From NCBI GenBank assembly GCA_038128845.1, contig JAYPKL010000001.1:113605-177604 (forward strand): a stretch of DNA of 64,000 nucleotides. Reading direction: 5' to 3'. The stretch comes from Candidatus Woesearchaeota archaeon. Its GTDB lineage: Archaea > Nanobdellota > Nanobdellia > UBA10117 > ARS21. The position numbers were made by a program, and so were the translations under genes. Of this stretch, positions 51,611-61,231 are shown one piece after another (within the stretch, counting starts at the first letter, position 1; each line of letters starts with the position of its first letter). The notes under the pieces were generated by a model that saw only the letters and a program-made list of their open reading frames with translations, was not told the origin of the DNA and did not search any database.

Positions 51611-52417
51611 CTATTTCCTCATTAACTTTTTTTGCAATTTTAATATTGCATCTTTGTCCAACTTATTTCCTAAAGTTAGTTTTATTTTTTCATCTTTAGG
51701 TTTAGTAAAAGTTAATGCAGATTTAGCTGCACCAGGTATTTTGGACATTTCGTTTAAAACACTAGATAATTTAGAGTTTAAAGTATTTATTTGATCTTTT
51801 AATCCATTAAGTATAACTTTTGTTAAGTTTTTTTCCTTCTTAATTGAAGATATTTCCTTAGATATTTGAGTTAATCTGTCAAATATTTCCGAGGATTCTT
51901 TTGCTTTTATTTGCAATTCTTTGTGATAATTATCCGATTTTTTCTTTATTTTTTTAAGTTCTTTTCTTAATCTATTATACTTATTTTTTGTATCTTTATC
52001 TTTGTCTTCTAATTCTTTTTTAATATCTTTAATTTGCTTCATCAATTCCTTTTCCTTTTTACCAGAAAGAGATTCAGTTTCAACTCTAAAATTTAAAGCG
52101 TCTAAATCTTTTTTCAATTTATCAGAATTATTATTTTTCTTTCGATTTCTTAAATAAGAATCTCTTATTTTTTTAAGTTCTTTTAAACCAGTTTGAACTT
52201 CTAAGTTATACTGATTTCTATTTTTTTTAGCTTCTGCTATTTCCTTAATAATTTTGGATTTTTTAGATTTTAGTTCATTGGCTTCTTTTATAAGCTTGTT
52301 AAGATTATTTTCAAGTTTATTTTTTTCCTTGAATTTTTTCTCTTTTTTTGTTCCTAGCTCTCTAAGATCATTACTGATCTTTTTTGCCTTACTATTTAGA
52401 TCTTCTATATCCATCAT
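51611..52417 (-). CDS. Lys/Glu-rich coiled-coil protein (archaeal COG1340-like), function unknown
   Basis: 268 aa, continuous heptad-like K/E/L pattern, no TM. Confidence 0.4.
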   Translation of the reverse strand: MMDIEDLNSKAKKISNDLRELGTKKEKKFKEKNKLENNLNKLIKEANELKSKKSKIIKEIAEAKKNRNQYNLEVQTGLKELKKIRDSYLRNRKKNNNSDKLKKDLDALNFRVETESLSGKKEKELMKQIKDIKKELEDKDKDTKNKYNRLRKELKKIKKKSDNYHKELQIKAKESSEIFDRLTQISKEISSIKKEKNLTKVILNGLKDQINTLNSKLSSVLNEMSKIPGAAKSALTFTKPKDEKIKLTLGNKLDKDAILKLQKKLMRK

Positions 52418-52444
52418 TTATACCCTCTCAAAGAGGAAGGTGCA

Positions 52445-52756
52445 TTATCCAAATAATGCACCAAGACCTTGGGAAACTTCCTCATCACTTGCTGAAGCTT
52501 TTTCTTCTGCTGCCGGTGCTGCTGCTGGAGCTTCACTAGCTGCTGCTGCCGGTGCTGCTGCTGCCGGTGCTGAGCTTGCAATTTGTGTTTCAGCAATTAC
52601 TTTTTCAATATCAACGTCTTTAAGAGCTGAAGCTGTAGCTTTTACTCTTGCTTCGTCAACATCAATTCCTGCTGCTTTCAAAGTTGCAGTTAATGCTTCT
52701 GAAGTAATTTCTTTCCCTGCTTTGTGCAATAACATTGCGCCATATATATATTCCAT
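52445..52756 (-). CDS. rpl12: ribosomal stalk protein P1/L12
   Basis: MEYIYGAMLLHKAGKEI..., Ala/Pro hinge, C-terminal EEKASASDEE...GLGALFG. Confidence 0.8.
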   Translation of the reverse strand: MEYIYGAMLLHKAGKEITSEALTATLKAAGIDVDEARVKATASALKDVDIEKVIAETQIASSAPAAAAPAAAASEAPAAAPAAEEKASASDEEVSQGLGALFG

Positions 52757-52765
52757 TTTTTACTC

Positions 52766-53623
52766 CTAATTTACCACCTTTTTATTTAATGCTGAAGCTT
52801 CTGCTTCTGCCTTAGATAAAAGTAGTGATTTTGTTTTTTCAACAAGTATATCTTGTGAATATGCTAATTTAATTGAATCCATTTCTGCATTTTGTATTGT
52901 ATGTTTAATTGTTTCACTATTTACTATATTTGCACCAATACCTAATTTAAATGCGTCTGAATAAGCGCTCTTAATTTTTTCTATGTATTCATCTGGATCC
53001 ACATCTAGTGTTGATTTTAAGTAAATTGTTCCATCTTCAAGTGATGCTATTAAGTTTAAACCAAGTTTCATTGGTCTAACATCCAATCTTGAAAGTATTG
53101 CAGCTAATTTTGCACTTATTTCTTCACCTTCAGAAACAACTTTTGAATCTTGCTTTACTTCAATTTTACCTGCATTTATTCCTGCCTTAATACCTACGTC
53201 ACCTAATTCTCCTAAAATAGGTCCAGGTGCAAAACCTGTAGGTCCTGCTGGAATAATTATATCAAATGGAGCAAGTTGACCTGCCTTTGCTAAGGAATCG
53301 GACATATTTTCTTTTAGTAATGTCCATAAATTAAAGGAATCGTCATCAAATAAAACTAATGCAGGCATTCCGTCAAAATATTCAATTAATTTTTCTGAAT
53401 TTTTTATTTTAGAATTTTTTAATGCCAAAGATAATAATGTTTTTTTTGCCATTCTAATTTTTAATTTAGAATCAACATTATTTCTTATTCCTTGTAATTG
53501 TTTTGATGGTAAATTATTAAGATCAATTACTGCTACAACTTTTGAATTATCAATTTCTTTTGTTAAGTTAGTTACATATTCTTTTTTATTCCCTGATGCT
53601 CTTGTAACGTATTCTGTTGTCAT
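52766..53623 (-). CDS. rpl10: ribosomal protein P0/L10
   Basis: 285 aa. Position between L1 and L12. N-terminal rRNA-binding domain. C-terminal A/E-rich tail. Confidence 0.8.
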   Translation of the reverse strand: MTTEYVTRASGNKKEYVTNLTKEIDNSKVVAVIDLNNLPSKQLQGIRNNVDSKLKIRMAKKTLLSLALKNSKIKNSEKLIEYFDGMPALVLFDDDSFNLWTLLKENMSDSLAKAGQLAPFDIIIPAGPTGFAPGPILGELGDVGIKAGINAGKIEVKQDSKVVSEGEEISAKLAAILSRLDVRPMKLGLNLIASLEDGTIYLKSTLDVDPDEYIEKIKSAYSDAFKLGIGANIVNSETIKHTIQNAEMDSIKLAYSQDILVEKTKSLLLSKAEAEASALNKKVVN

Positions 53624-54264
53624 TATATTTTCACCGCCTTAGACATTGTAGATTTTAAGTATATTTTACCAATATTATTTTTTCCGTTTGGAAGAATATT
53701 TTCTGCAGAAGATAGTATAGATAAAATATTTTTTGTTAAATCTTCATCTTTTTGGCTTTCATCACCAACTCCGCACATAAAAAATGGGTTTTTATTTGCC
53801 ACAATTTGTACTGTGTTTCTTAATCTTTCTACAATTGGAGCAATATTTGTTCGTGCAGGAACTACACAACCTGCCTTAGGACTAGGCATCTTATTTACTG
53901 GACCAAAATATCTACCAAAAGTTTGAGCAATCAAAGGCATCATATCTGCTTGAGCAATAAAATAGTCATATTGTCTTGCCAATTTCTTTATTTTACTTTT
54001 TTCTTTATATTTACCAAAATCAGAACTTAGTATAACATGATCTGCAGAAGTTACAGAATCAGCAGATTCATTACCTACTAATGCGCAAATTTTTGATTGT
54101 TTTATTTTACCTGAAGGAAGATTAATATATTGCTCCAATTTAGGAACTTTTGCCATATCAATATCTTTGAAAGATATAATTAATTCAATTGATTGTTTAA
54201 AATTTCTTTTAGAAATTACTTTTCTTAATTCTTTTAATGCATTTTGTACGCTATTTTCGTCCAT
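53623..54264 (-). CDS. rpl1: ribosomal protein L1
   Basis: 213 aa. FDVAIA-like central motif (YDYFIAQADMMPLI) and L1 fold pattern. Stop overlaps the L10 start. Confidence 0.85.
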   Translation of the reverse strand: MDENSVQNALKELRKVISKRNFKQSIELIISFKDIDMAKVPKLEQYINLPSGKIKQSKICALVGNESADSVTSADHVILSSDFGKYKEKSKIKKLARQYDYFIAQADMMPLIAQTFGRYFGPVNKMPSPKAGCVVPARTNIAPIVERLRNTVQIVANKNPFFMCGVGDESQKDEDLTKNILSILSSAENILPNGKNNIGKIYLKSTMSKAVKI

Positions 54265-54325
54265 TTTATTTAGCTACTGACTAGTCAGTTTAATATTTGC
54301 TTTGATTATATATTTATAAAACTAT

Positions 54326-56401
54326 CTATATTTCTAAATTGTAAGAAAGAGAATCAATAATTTTATTTTTATTTCCTGTTTTTACTTTAAAGAAAGGAAT
54401 ATATGCATTCCGATGTGCTAAAACTTTAAATCCATTATTTTGTAAATAATCTTGAACATCCGAAAAGTTAATTTTTGATTTTCTAATTTTTCCATTTAAA
54501 TTATTGTATTTGGGTCTTATTGGAAAATTATATATTCCTAAGTTAAAACTAGAATCTAATTTATTTATTATTTTGTTTTTAACAGAAATAATTTTTTGAT
54601 TTGAAAGTGTGTTCAATGTGTCATTAAATTCACTAAACGAGAGACCAGATTTTACAAATATTTCTGAAAGAGGATTGTTTTTAGTTATTAAGTTATATAT
54701 TTTATTTTGAATCGGAGATAAATTTGTTGAAGAAGATAACCTAGTTTTTGTTAATTTTCCGTCAAATTTGTATATACTAAGATTTTGTAGATCAAATACT
54801 AAATGAAAATTTCTGTTATTTTTTGAAACTATAGTAGATATAACAGGATTAAGTTCATAAGATACAGAATCAACATTATTTTCAAGAGTTTCTAATTCCT
54901 TTCTATTGATTTTAGGTTCAAAAATAAATAATTCAGTGGAATTATTATTTTCTTCTTTTTCAATTTTCTTAGGCTTATCGGAAACATAATTAGATTTTAC
55001 TACTGCCTTTTTTGCTTCACCTAATGAAAATGATTTTGCCGCACCACCATGTTGAGATTTTCTAACACGAATATCAACAAATATTGGAAAATCAGTTGCA
55101 CCAATTATCATAGCCTTTCCTATAGGCAAATTCTTTATTTCACTTTCAGCTTCAGAAGTTATACCTTCAAAACTTTTTGATATAGCGCTAAGGTCACTAG
55201 GATTAGATACTTGTAAAGCTATTTGACTACTACATTGAGAAAGAACAGATTTATCAACTCGAGCAGGTCTCTGAGAGATAACACACAATCCTACTCCAAA
55301 TTTTCTACCTTCTGCTGCAATTGTTCTAATTATTTTGGATGATTTTGTTTCACCAAAACCTCTTTCAGGACAATAATTATGTGCCTCATCAACAACAATA
55401 AACGTAGGAGGTATATTTTCTTTTTTTCTTTCATCAAAAATTTTATTTAATATTCCTCTTGCAACAATTTCTTGTAGTTCAGAAGATGCACCTTTGAAAT
55501 TTATTATTGAAAGTTGACCCGGTTTTACAATATCGGATATATTTGTTGAACCATGAGAAAATAATTGACTTTGTTCAAGTTGCTGTATTCCACCTATTAA
55601 TCTCCATTTTGCAGTTGATTCTGCTATTTCTAATTCTTTTATTAATTCATCAAATTCAAAAACTCCTTTTCTTTCAACTAAGTCATTTACAACATTATAT
55701 AATAAACCTCTTTGAGCATCAGTTGGCTTGAAAGGTAGAGATTCCATTAAACTAAATGAATCGTTCGGTATCGGCAAACGAATAGGATGAGCATCAATAT
55801 TTACTGAAGTATTAACTGCAAATTCCATAACTTTATTTGAAAATCCTTTTCCACTTATTCCAAAAGTTTTGAAATATTTTGTTTCTTCAGAGTTCTTATT
55901 TTCATATTTAATTGAAGAATATTCTCCATGCGGATCTAGAATTACTATTGGTAGACCCATTTCAAGTAATTCTTCCAGTATAACTCCGACAGCATAAGAT
56001 TTTCCTGCACCGGATTTAGCTAATACTGCTAAATGTTTTGTTACTAATTTTTTTGGATCTAAATATGCTTGTATATCTTTTCCTTGTAATTTACCTAAAT
56101 ATATACCATTCATTCTCAAATCAAGAATTGATTTTATTAAATCGTCTTTTGCTATATAAACTTCTGAACCAGGTTCTAGAGGAGTTCTAGGTTGTCTCAA
56201 AAAATTTCTTTCAGTTCGGTAACCAATAATTTGACATTTTGCAATAGTTTTATCATATTCTTTTTCAATTTCAGAAACTTGATTAAGTATAGGACCCAAT
56301 TCTGGATGATTAACTGCAACGTAGTCCCACTTATTTACACTACCTTCAACTATAAAATTAAATTTAGTTGTTGAAGTTTTTCCATAAACTGTTCCCAGCA
56401 T
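54326..56401 (-). CDS. HerA-like (DUF87/FtsK-HerA superfamily) ATPase with ~230-aa C-terminal extension
   Basis: N-terminal HAS-barrel-like segment. Walker A LAKSGAGKSY. Walker B IVVDEAHNY. Asn/Lys-rich uncharacterised C-terminal third. No nurA/mre11/rad50 neighbour. Confidence 0.55.
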   Translation of the reverse strand: MLGTVYGKTSTTKFNFIVEGSVNKWDYVAVNHPELGPILNQVSEIEKEYDKTIAKCQIIGYRTERNFLRQPRTPLEPGSEVYIAKDDLIKSILDLRMNGIYLGKLQGKDIQAYLDPKKLVTKHLAVLAKSGAGKSYAVGVILEELLEMGLPIVILDPHGEYSSIKYENKNSEETKYFKTFGISGKGFSNKVMEFAVNTSVNIDAHPIRLPIPNDSFSLMESLPFKPTDAQRGLLYNVVNDLVERKGVFEFDELIKELEIAESTAKWRLIGGIQQLEQSQLFSHGSTNISDIVKPGQLSIINFKGASSELQEIVARGILNKIFDERKKENIPPTFIVVDEAHNYCPERGFGETKSSKIIRTIAAEGRKFGVGLCVISQRPARVDKSVLSQCSSQIALQVSNPSDLSAISKSFEGITSEAESEIKNLPIGKAMIIGATDFPIFVDIRVRKSQHGGAAKSFSLGEAKKAVVKSNYVSDKPKKIEKEENNNSTELFIFEPKINRKELETLENNVDSVSYELNPVISTIVSKNNRNFHLVFDLQNLSIYKFDGKLTKTRLSSSTNLSPIQNKIYNLITKNNPLSEIFVKSGLSFSEFNDTLNTLSNQKIISVKNKIINKLDSSFNLGIYNFPIRPKYNNLNGKIRKSKINFSDVQDYLQNNGFKVLAHRNAYIPFFKVKTGNKNKIIDSLSYNLEI

Positions 56402-56445
56402 TATAAATTTTTTCTACAGTTATATAAAAGTCTATATATTGAAAA

Positions 56446-57426
56446 TTAGTTATTCCAAATTACTTCGACATCATCTGTTCTCCAAGATCCGTCTATCTGA
56501 GTTGAACTAATATCTTGTCTTTTTCCAGAAGAATACTCTAGTATTCCTTGCCATGCAATCATTACACCATTATCGCCAGAAACGCTTCTTGGACAAATTC
56601 CAACTTTTATTCCTCTTTGTTTACACATATCTGTAACCATTTTAGCCAGTCTCTTATTTGCAGCTACTCCTCCAGTAACTAGAACTTCTTTTGAATCAAG
56701 ATGTGCAACTGCTCTTTCTGTTGCTTCAACTAAAATTGCAAAAACAGTCTCTTGAATAGAATAGCATAAATCCTCTACCTTATTTTTTTCTAAAAGCTGC
56801 CTTACTTTATTTTGAATTCCAGAAAAATTGAAATCCATGCCTTTGATTGTGTATGGTAGTTCAATATAATTTTTGCTTTTTTCTGCTAGTTTCTCAATTT
56901 TTGGTCCACCAGGAAATCCTAAGTTCATATATCTACCAACATTATCCAGAAAATTTCCAACACCAATATCCATTGTTTCACCAAAAATTCTATATTTTCC
57001 ATTAGATTTTGCGATAATTTGAGTATTTGCTCCGGAAGTATAAAGCGTAACTGGATCTTTTAAATCACATAATTTTTTACCAATTTCTACATGTGCAACG
57101 CAGTGATTTACTCCAATTATTGGTATTTTATATAACAAAGATAAAGATCTTGCTATAACTGCTCCTCTTCTAAGACACTGACCCAATCCTGGTCCCTGAG
57201 AGAAGGATATAAGATCAATTTTATCCATAGATAAATTTGCTTCATCTAATGCTCCTCTGATTAGAGTATCATAAAATAATTCATGAGCTTGAGCAGCTTT
57301 AATTGGATGAATTCCACCAGTTTCTGTTTCTAAAGTATGCCTCTTATTCGCAAGAATTGTTCCATTAGAATCAATAATACCTATTCCTAATGTGTGTGCT
57401 GTAGATTCTATACCTAAACAAATCAT
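56446..57426 (-). CDS. kae1: tRNA N6-adenosine threonylcarbamoyltransferase Kae1
   Basis: MICLGIESTAHTLGIGI, His-His metal site (HCVAHV), ASKH fold. 326 aa, not fused to Bud32. Confidence 0.9.
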   Translation of the reverse strand: MICLGIESTAHTLGIGIIDSNGTILANKRHTLETETGGIHPIKAAQAHELFYDTLIRGALDEANLSMDKIDLISFSQGPGLGQCLRRGAVIARSLSLLYKIPIIGVNHCVAHVEIGKKLCDLKDPVTLYTSGANTQIIAKSNGKYRIFGETMDIGVGNFLDNVGRYMNLGFPGGPKIEKLAEKSKNYIELPYTIKGMDFNFSGIQNKVRQLLEKNKVEDLCYSIQETVFAILVEATERAVAHLDSKEVLVTGGVAANKRLAKMVTDMCKQRGIKVGICPRSVSGDNGVMIAWQGILEYSSGKRQDISSTQIDGSWRTDDVEVIWNN

Positions 57427-57518
57427 ATTATATGTTAAAAAGCAACTTTATAATCTTTATTTTTAGCTTTAAAAAAACAAAAAGCTTATAAACTCAACAT
57501 ATAATCTTAATTCTTAAA

Positions 57519-58454
57519 ATGTTAACTCAAAAAAGATCCGAATTATTAAAAGAAAAAACTAGAACTGAAATTTCTCCATCTAAATTGGATATTATTGTAA
57601 AACATATTGGATCTCCTTCAGAAGAATCAGGTAAAAAAAGGCAATATCTAAGTCCAAATAGTGCATTTCTTGCAAAAGGTGCTAAAATAAATTTTGTTGA
57701 ACCCGAGTTTGCTTTAAATTATTTAATAAATTCAGATAATACAATAAAGAATTTAATTCGAGCAGATTCTTATTTTGCTCACTCAATTGATAAATTTTTA
57801 TGGGATTCAGCTGTTGAGAATAAATTTGGTGAAGGAGATGTAGTAGGTTTAACTGCATTATCACCAGAAATTACCAAGTTATGTAGAATCGATTACCATA
57901 ATAAGATAAATGATAAACTTGGAGTTTCAAGAACTGAAATTCCGAATGAAGATCAAGAATTTGATTTTATTGTAGATAATATAATCGCACAACCATATAG
58001 TTTGGGTCCAGTTTTAGAAAGAGGTCATAATGATACAAAATTAGGAACTCATATCTTGAAGCCAGAAATAAGTAGCGTATATATGGATATGTTTACAGAT
58101 ATAAAAGAAATTTCAAGAGAAAGAGGATCAAGAAAATTTGATAAAAATCAATCAGATTTAGAAAGCGCCATTAAAAAGATTATACGTGGCGGATTTATTG
58201 ATTCAAAATCTGTTTCAAGACCTGTTAACGGTTTATTAAAAGATTTAAGACATGGTAGAATTATTACCCGTCCAATAAATTATTCAAGAAGATTGGATAG
58301 CTTGTCAGACTTAGATTATCCTTATCTTAATTCAGAATTAGATTTAAAAATTCCTCTTAAAGGTTCTCGACCAATTATAACTAACGCCGGTAATAATCAC
58401 GGCGTCATAAGTACTTATAATAGTATTAGTAGACAAACAACTAATCCAATATAA
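57519..58454 (+). CDS. hypothetical protein, no recognisable family
   Basis: 311 aa, soluble, no motif identified by inspection. Confidence 0.3.
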   Translation: MLTQKRSELLKEKTRTEISPSKLDIIVKHIGSPSEESGKKRQYLSPNSAFLAKGAKINFVEPEFALNYLINSDNTIKNLIRADSYFAHSIDKFLWDSAVENKFGEGDVVGLTALSPEITKLCRIDYHNKINDKLGVSRTEIPNEDQEFDFIVDNIIAQPYSLGPVLERGHNDTKLGTHILKPEISSVYMDMFTDIKEISRERGSRKFDKNQSDLESAIKKIIRGGFIDSKSVSRPVNGLLKDLRHGRIITRPINYSRRLDSLSDLDYPYLNSELDLKIPLKGSRPIITNAGNNHGVISTYNSISRQTTNPI

Positions 58455-59375
58455 TTAATCAGCAATTATTAAAGGTAATATTAAAGTTACATCACCTTCT
58501 ACAGTTATATGAGTTGCTTCTTCACTTATTTTACCCCAAGAAATTGCTTCTCTTGTTTGTGCACCACTTAATGATCCATCATATTCTACTGCAGTACTGA
58601 TTTGTATTGCATAATCCATACCGTTTCTAAATTGATTAAACCAAATTACGTGATGTTTAGATATTCCACCACCTAACATAATTGCACCAACTTTTTTAGC
58701 ATCAGTAACTCTTATGAAAAAATCTTGATCATCTTCAAATAAATTTAAATTAAAATCTCTATGCATTTGCCAAAAATTCCAAAGTTGAGCTCCCCAGGCG
58801 CCGTCTAATGGACCAGGTAAGTAAATTGGTATTTTATTTTTCCAAGACCAATAAATAATTGTATCTTCTGCATTTTCTTCATCTTTAATTGCTTCTCCAA
58901 ATGCCCAGATTAATTCATGCACATTCCAGACCTTTTTTTCAGAATATAATTTTTTAATTATTGGTTGAAGTCTTTCTTCAAGCACATCACCATAACATTC
59001 ATTAGGAACTAAAACATTACCTAATCTATTTATTCCTTGTTGATGTAATTCTTTATCATCCATATTAAATGAACCTTGGTAATAATCTTTCCAAAGTCTT
59101 GCTAAATCATGATCTAAAGTTCCACAAGTAGTCATAACTGCGTCAACTTTTTTATTTTTAATCATATCTTTGATTAATCCTCGTGTTCCAGTAGAAACAA
59201 TACATGCAGGATGACTTAATATTTTAAAACAATCTTTATCATTTTGCATATTTTTGTAAATATTCTTAGCAGTGTTAATTTTTTTAACTGAGAAACCTCC
59301 GGCATTTCCAAAATTATCCATTAGTTCTTTTATTGTTGTATTTTCATTAACACTATAATCTTTAACGGATTTCAT
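58455..59375 (-). CDS. dys: deoxyhypusine synthase
   Basis: NAD-binding and catalytic Lys region GGGISKHHV. 306 aa. Confidence 0.85.
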   Translation of the reverse strand: MKSVKDYSVNENTTIKELMDNFGNAGGFSVKKINTAKNIYKNMQNDKDCFKILSHPACIVSTGTRGLIKDMIKNKKVDAVMTTCGTLDHDLARLWKDYYQGSFNMDDKELHQQGINRLGNVLVPNECYGDVLEERLQPIIKKLYSEKKVWNVHELIWAFGEAIKDEENAEDTIIYWSWKNKIPIYLPGPLDGAWGAQLWNFWQMHRDFNLNLFEDDQDFFIRVTDAKKVGAIMLGGGISKHHVIWFNQFRNGMDYAIQISTAVEYDGSLSGAQTREAISWGKISEEATHITVEGDVTLILPLIIAD

Positions 59376-59516
59376 AAGTTCACTTCAGAAAGTGGTTTAA
59401 AAATGTTGTCTTTTTGATAATATTATTCTTCTTCAGAAAGACGATGTTTGTTATTTATATATGCATGATTTAATGCCATAATTTGGACTTAAATAATTGG
59501 TTTATAAATTTATTTA

Positions 59517-60119
59517 TTAGACCTTTTTTAGAATAGATATTAATTGTTGTCTATTTTTTGTTTCAAATTCATCAACTAATAAAAAAATATTTTGTTTTTT
59601 AATAGCCATATGAGAAGAGTTCAATTCAATCATTTTTTGATTAAATATTTTTTCATCAAAATTTTCTGAGTTTCTATTTAATATATCACTTCCCCAATTT
59701 GAGTTTTTAGTTGGTTCAAAAATAAAAAAATAACCTCCTTTTTTAAGAAACTTATATACATTTTTTAATGCAAGGTCTTTGTTTTTTGAGAAATGAAAAG
59801 AGTTATTTGCAATAACAATATCAAATTTTTTATTTAAGGGTATGTTTTCAAAACTTCCGACTTTAAATGTCAAGTTTTTATTAAAATTAATTTTATTTTT
59901 ATTAGCAATTTTTATAGAATTTTCATTTGGATCAATTCCCGTAAATGTTTTTACTAAAGATCCGATATGAAATCCAATATTTCCTGTTCCACAACCAATA
60001 TCTAGAATTTCTTTATCAGTTAGTGAGATATGTTTTTCAATTATTGTTTTAATAAACTTCTTAAATTTAGGTAATATTTCAACATACTTACCATACGTAT
60101 TTAGGTATGTTTTTTTCAT
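59517..60119 (-). CDS. class I SAM-dependent methyltransferase
   Basis: Motif I ILDIGCGTGN, motif post-I D, motif II-like FDIVIAN. Confidence 0.6.
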   Translation of the reverse strand: MKKTYLNTYGKYVEILPKFKKFIKTIIEKHISLTDKEILDIGCGTGNIGFHIGSLVKTFTGIDPNENSIKIANKNKINFNKNLTFKVGSFENIPLNKKFDIVIANNSFHFSKNKDLALKNVYKFLKKGGYFFIFEPTKNSNWGSDILNRNSENFDEKIFNQKMIELNSSHMAIKKQNIFLLVDEFETKNRQQLISILKKV

Positions 60120-60128
60120 AAAAATAAA

Positions 60129-60500
60129 TTATTCTTCTGCAGGTTTTTCTTCTTCAGCTGGAGCTTCTTCTGCAGTTTGTTCTTCTTCAGCTGGTGCATT
60201 TTCTTCATTAATTTTTTCTAAAAGTTTACTTTGTTTTTCAATTTGTTTTTTATCTTCAATTTCTTTTAATTTTGCTTCTGAATCGTAAGCGTAAATTAAT
60301 CCATTTGAATTTGAATAACCAAATTTACTTGATATTTTTTTGATAATAATATTTTGAACAGGTGATTTTAATTTTACTGCAAAATAATTCATAATGTCTT
60401 TTCTTGAAGGAGTAGATTCATTATTATGTTTAATTTCAAATGATACTTCTTTTCTTGAAAATAATTTATTTTCAGTTTGGTTTGTAATTTTTATATCCAT
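60129..60500 (-). CDS. rps24e: ribosomal protein S24e with acidic C-terminal tail
   Basis: MDIKITNQTENKLFSRKEVSFEIKH...PSRKDI matches the S24e N-terminus. Downstream of rpoE'/spt4 as in other archaea. Confidence 0.7.
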   Translation of the reverse strand: MDIKITNQTENKLFSRKEVSFEIKHNNESTPSRKDIMNYFAVKLKSPVQNIIIKKISSKFGYSNSNGLIYAYDSEAKLKEIEDKKQIEKQSKLLEKINEENAPAEEEQTAEEAPAEEEKPAEE

Positions 60501-60501
60501 T

Positions 60502-60648
60502 TTATCTTAATCCGTATTCTCCAGATTCACTTAGTTTAACTTTTTTTGCAATTTCAGATTTTGCAGGATTAACTAAGATTAATCTTCCTTTCCAATTATC
60601 TGACTTTTTTAAGCCTTTTGCTATTACAGGTAATTCTTTTTTTGCCAT
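60502..60648 (-). CDS. Spt4/RpoE''-like micro-protein lacking the zinc ribbon (48 aa)
   Basis: MAKKELPVIAKGLKKSDNWKGRLILVNPAKSEIAKKVKLSESGEYGLR. C-terminal W.G..I...P..SEIAKK.....G.Y motif matches Spt4. Position directly after rpoE' (TAATG overlap) matches Spt4. No Cys residues. Confidence 0.45.
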   Translation of the reverse strand: MAKKELPVIAKGLKKSDNWKGRLILVNPAKSEIAKKVKLSESGEYGLR

Positions 60649-61193
60649 TATTTTTCTAATTTCCTCATTTCTTCAATATAATCTATTTTACCTAAGTAAG
60701 GTTGTCTCATTGTCATACCAATTTTTGGATCTAATGGATTTTTAAGACTGATAGCAATAATTCTGGATCTTACTTTATCTCCAACTTTAAGTACTCTTTT
60801 TGATTCTTTACCTAAAAGTGTTCCATCTTTTGAAAAGGACACAAAATCATCCATAGTTTGAGATATATGAATCATACCTTCGAATGCACCAAAGTCAATA
60901 AATGCACCGAAATTTGCAATATCTTTTACTTCACCTTCAACTAATTCATTTAATTCAGGTAAATAATGAACTGCTTCAAATTCAACATTATAGAAAGCTG
61001 CTCCATCTCCTGGAACAATCATACCATCTCCTACTTTTTTTATGCTATTTACAATAAGTACTCTTCCTAAATCTTCAATTACTTTATTTTGATAATTTTC
61101 TTTTAATTCTTCTAAAAGTACTTTTTTCAGATTTTCAGAAAATCTTGATGGATCAACTCTGATTGTACCTTCAATAATAGATCTGTAATACAT
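60648..61193 (-). CDS. rpoE: DNA-directed RNA polymerase subunit E' (Rpo7)
   Basis: N-terminal RNP-like domain + S1 domain (GEVKDIANFGAFIDFGAFEGMIHISQ). 181 aa. Confidence 0.85.
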   Translation of the reverse strand: MYYRSIIEGTIRVDPSRFSENLKKVLLEELKENYQNKVIEDLGRVLIVNSIKKVGDGMIVPGDGAAFYNVEFEAVHYLPELNELVEGEVKDIANFGAFIDFGAFEGMIHISQTMDDFVSFSKDGTLLGKESKRVLKVGDKVRSRIIAISLKNPLDPKIGMTMRQPYLGKIDYIEEMRKLEK

Positions 61194-61231
61194 ATCTATT
61201 TCTTAATTATTAGCTTTTTAAAGGTTATGAT

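Noticed and set aside
52254-52769. 171-aa plus-strand ORF and 60-aa minus ORF (52414-52596) overlapping the L12 and coiled-coil genes
   Set aside because: Ala/Ser-rich mirror translation of the Ala/Pro hinge of L12. L12 has the conserved N- and C-terminal motifs and operon position.
55507-56374. Plus-strand small ORFs within the HerA-like gene
   Set aside because: Antisense to the Walker A/B ATPase core.
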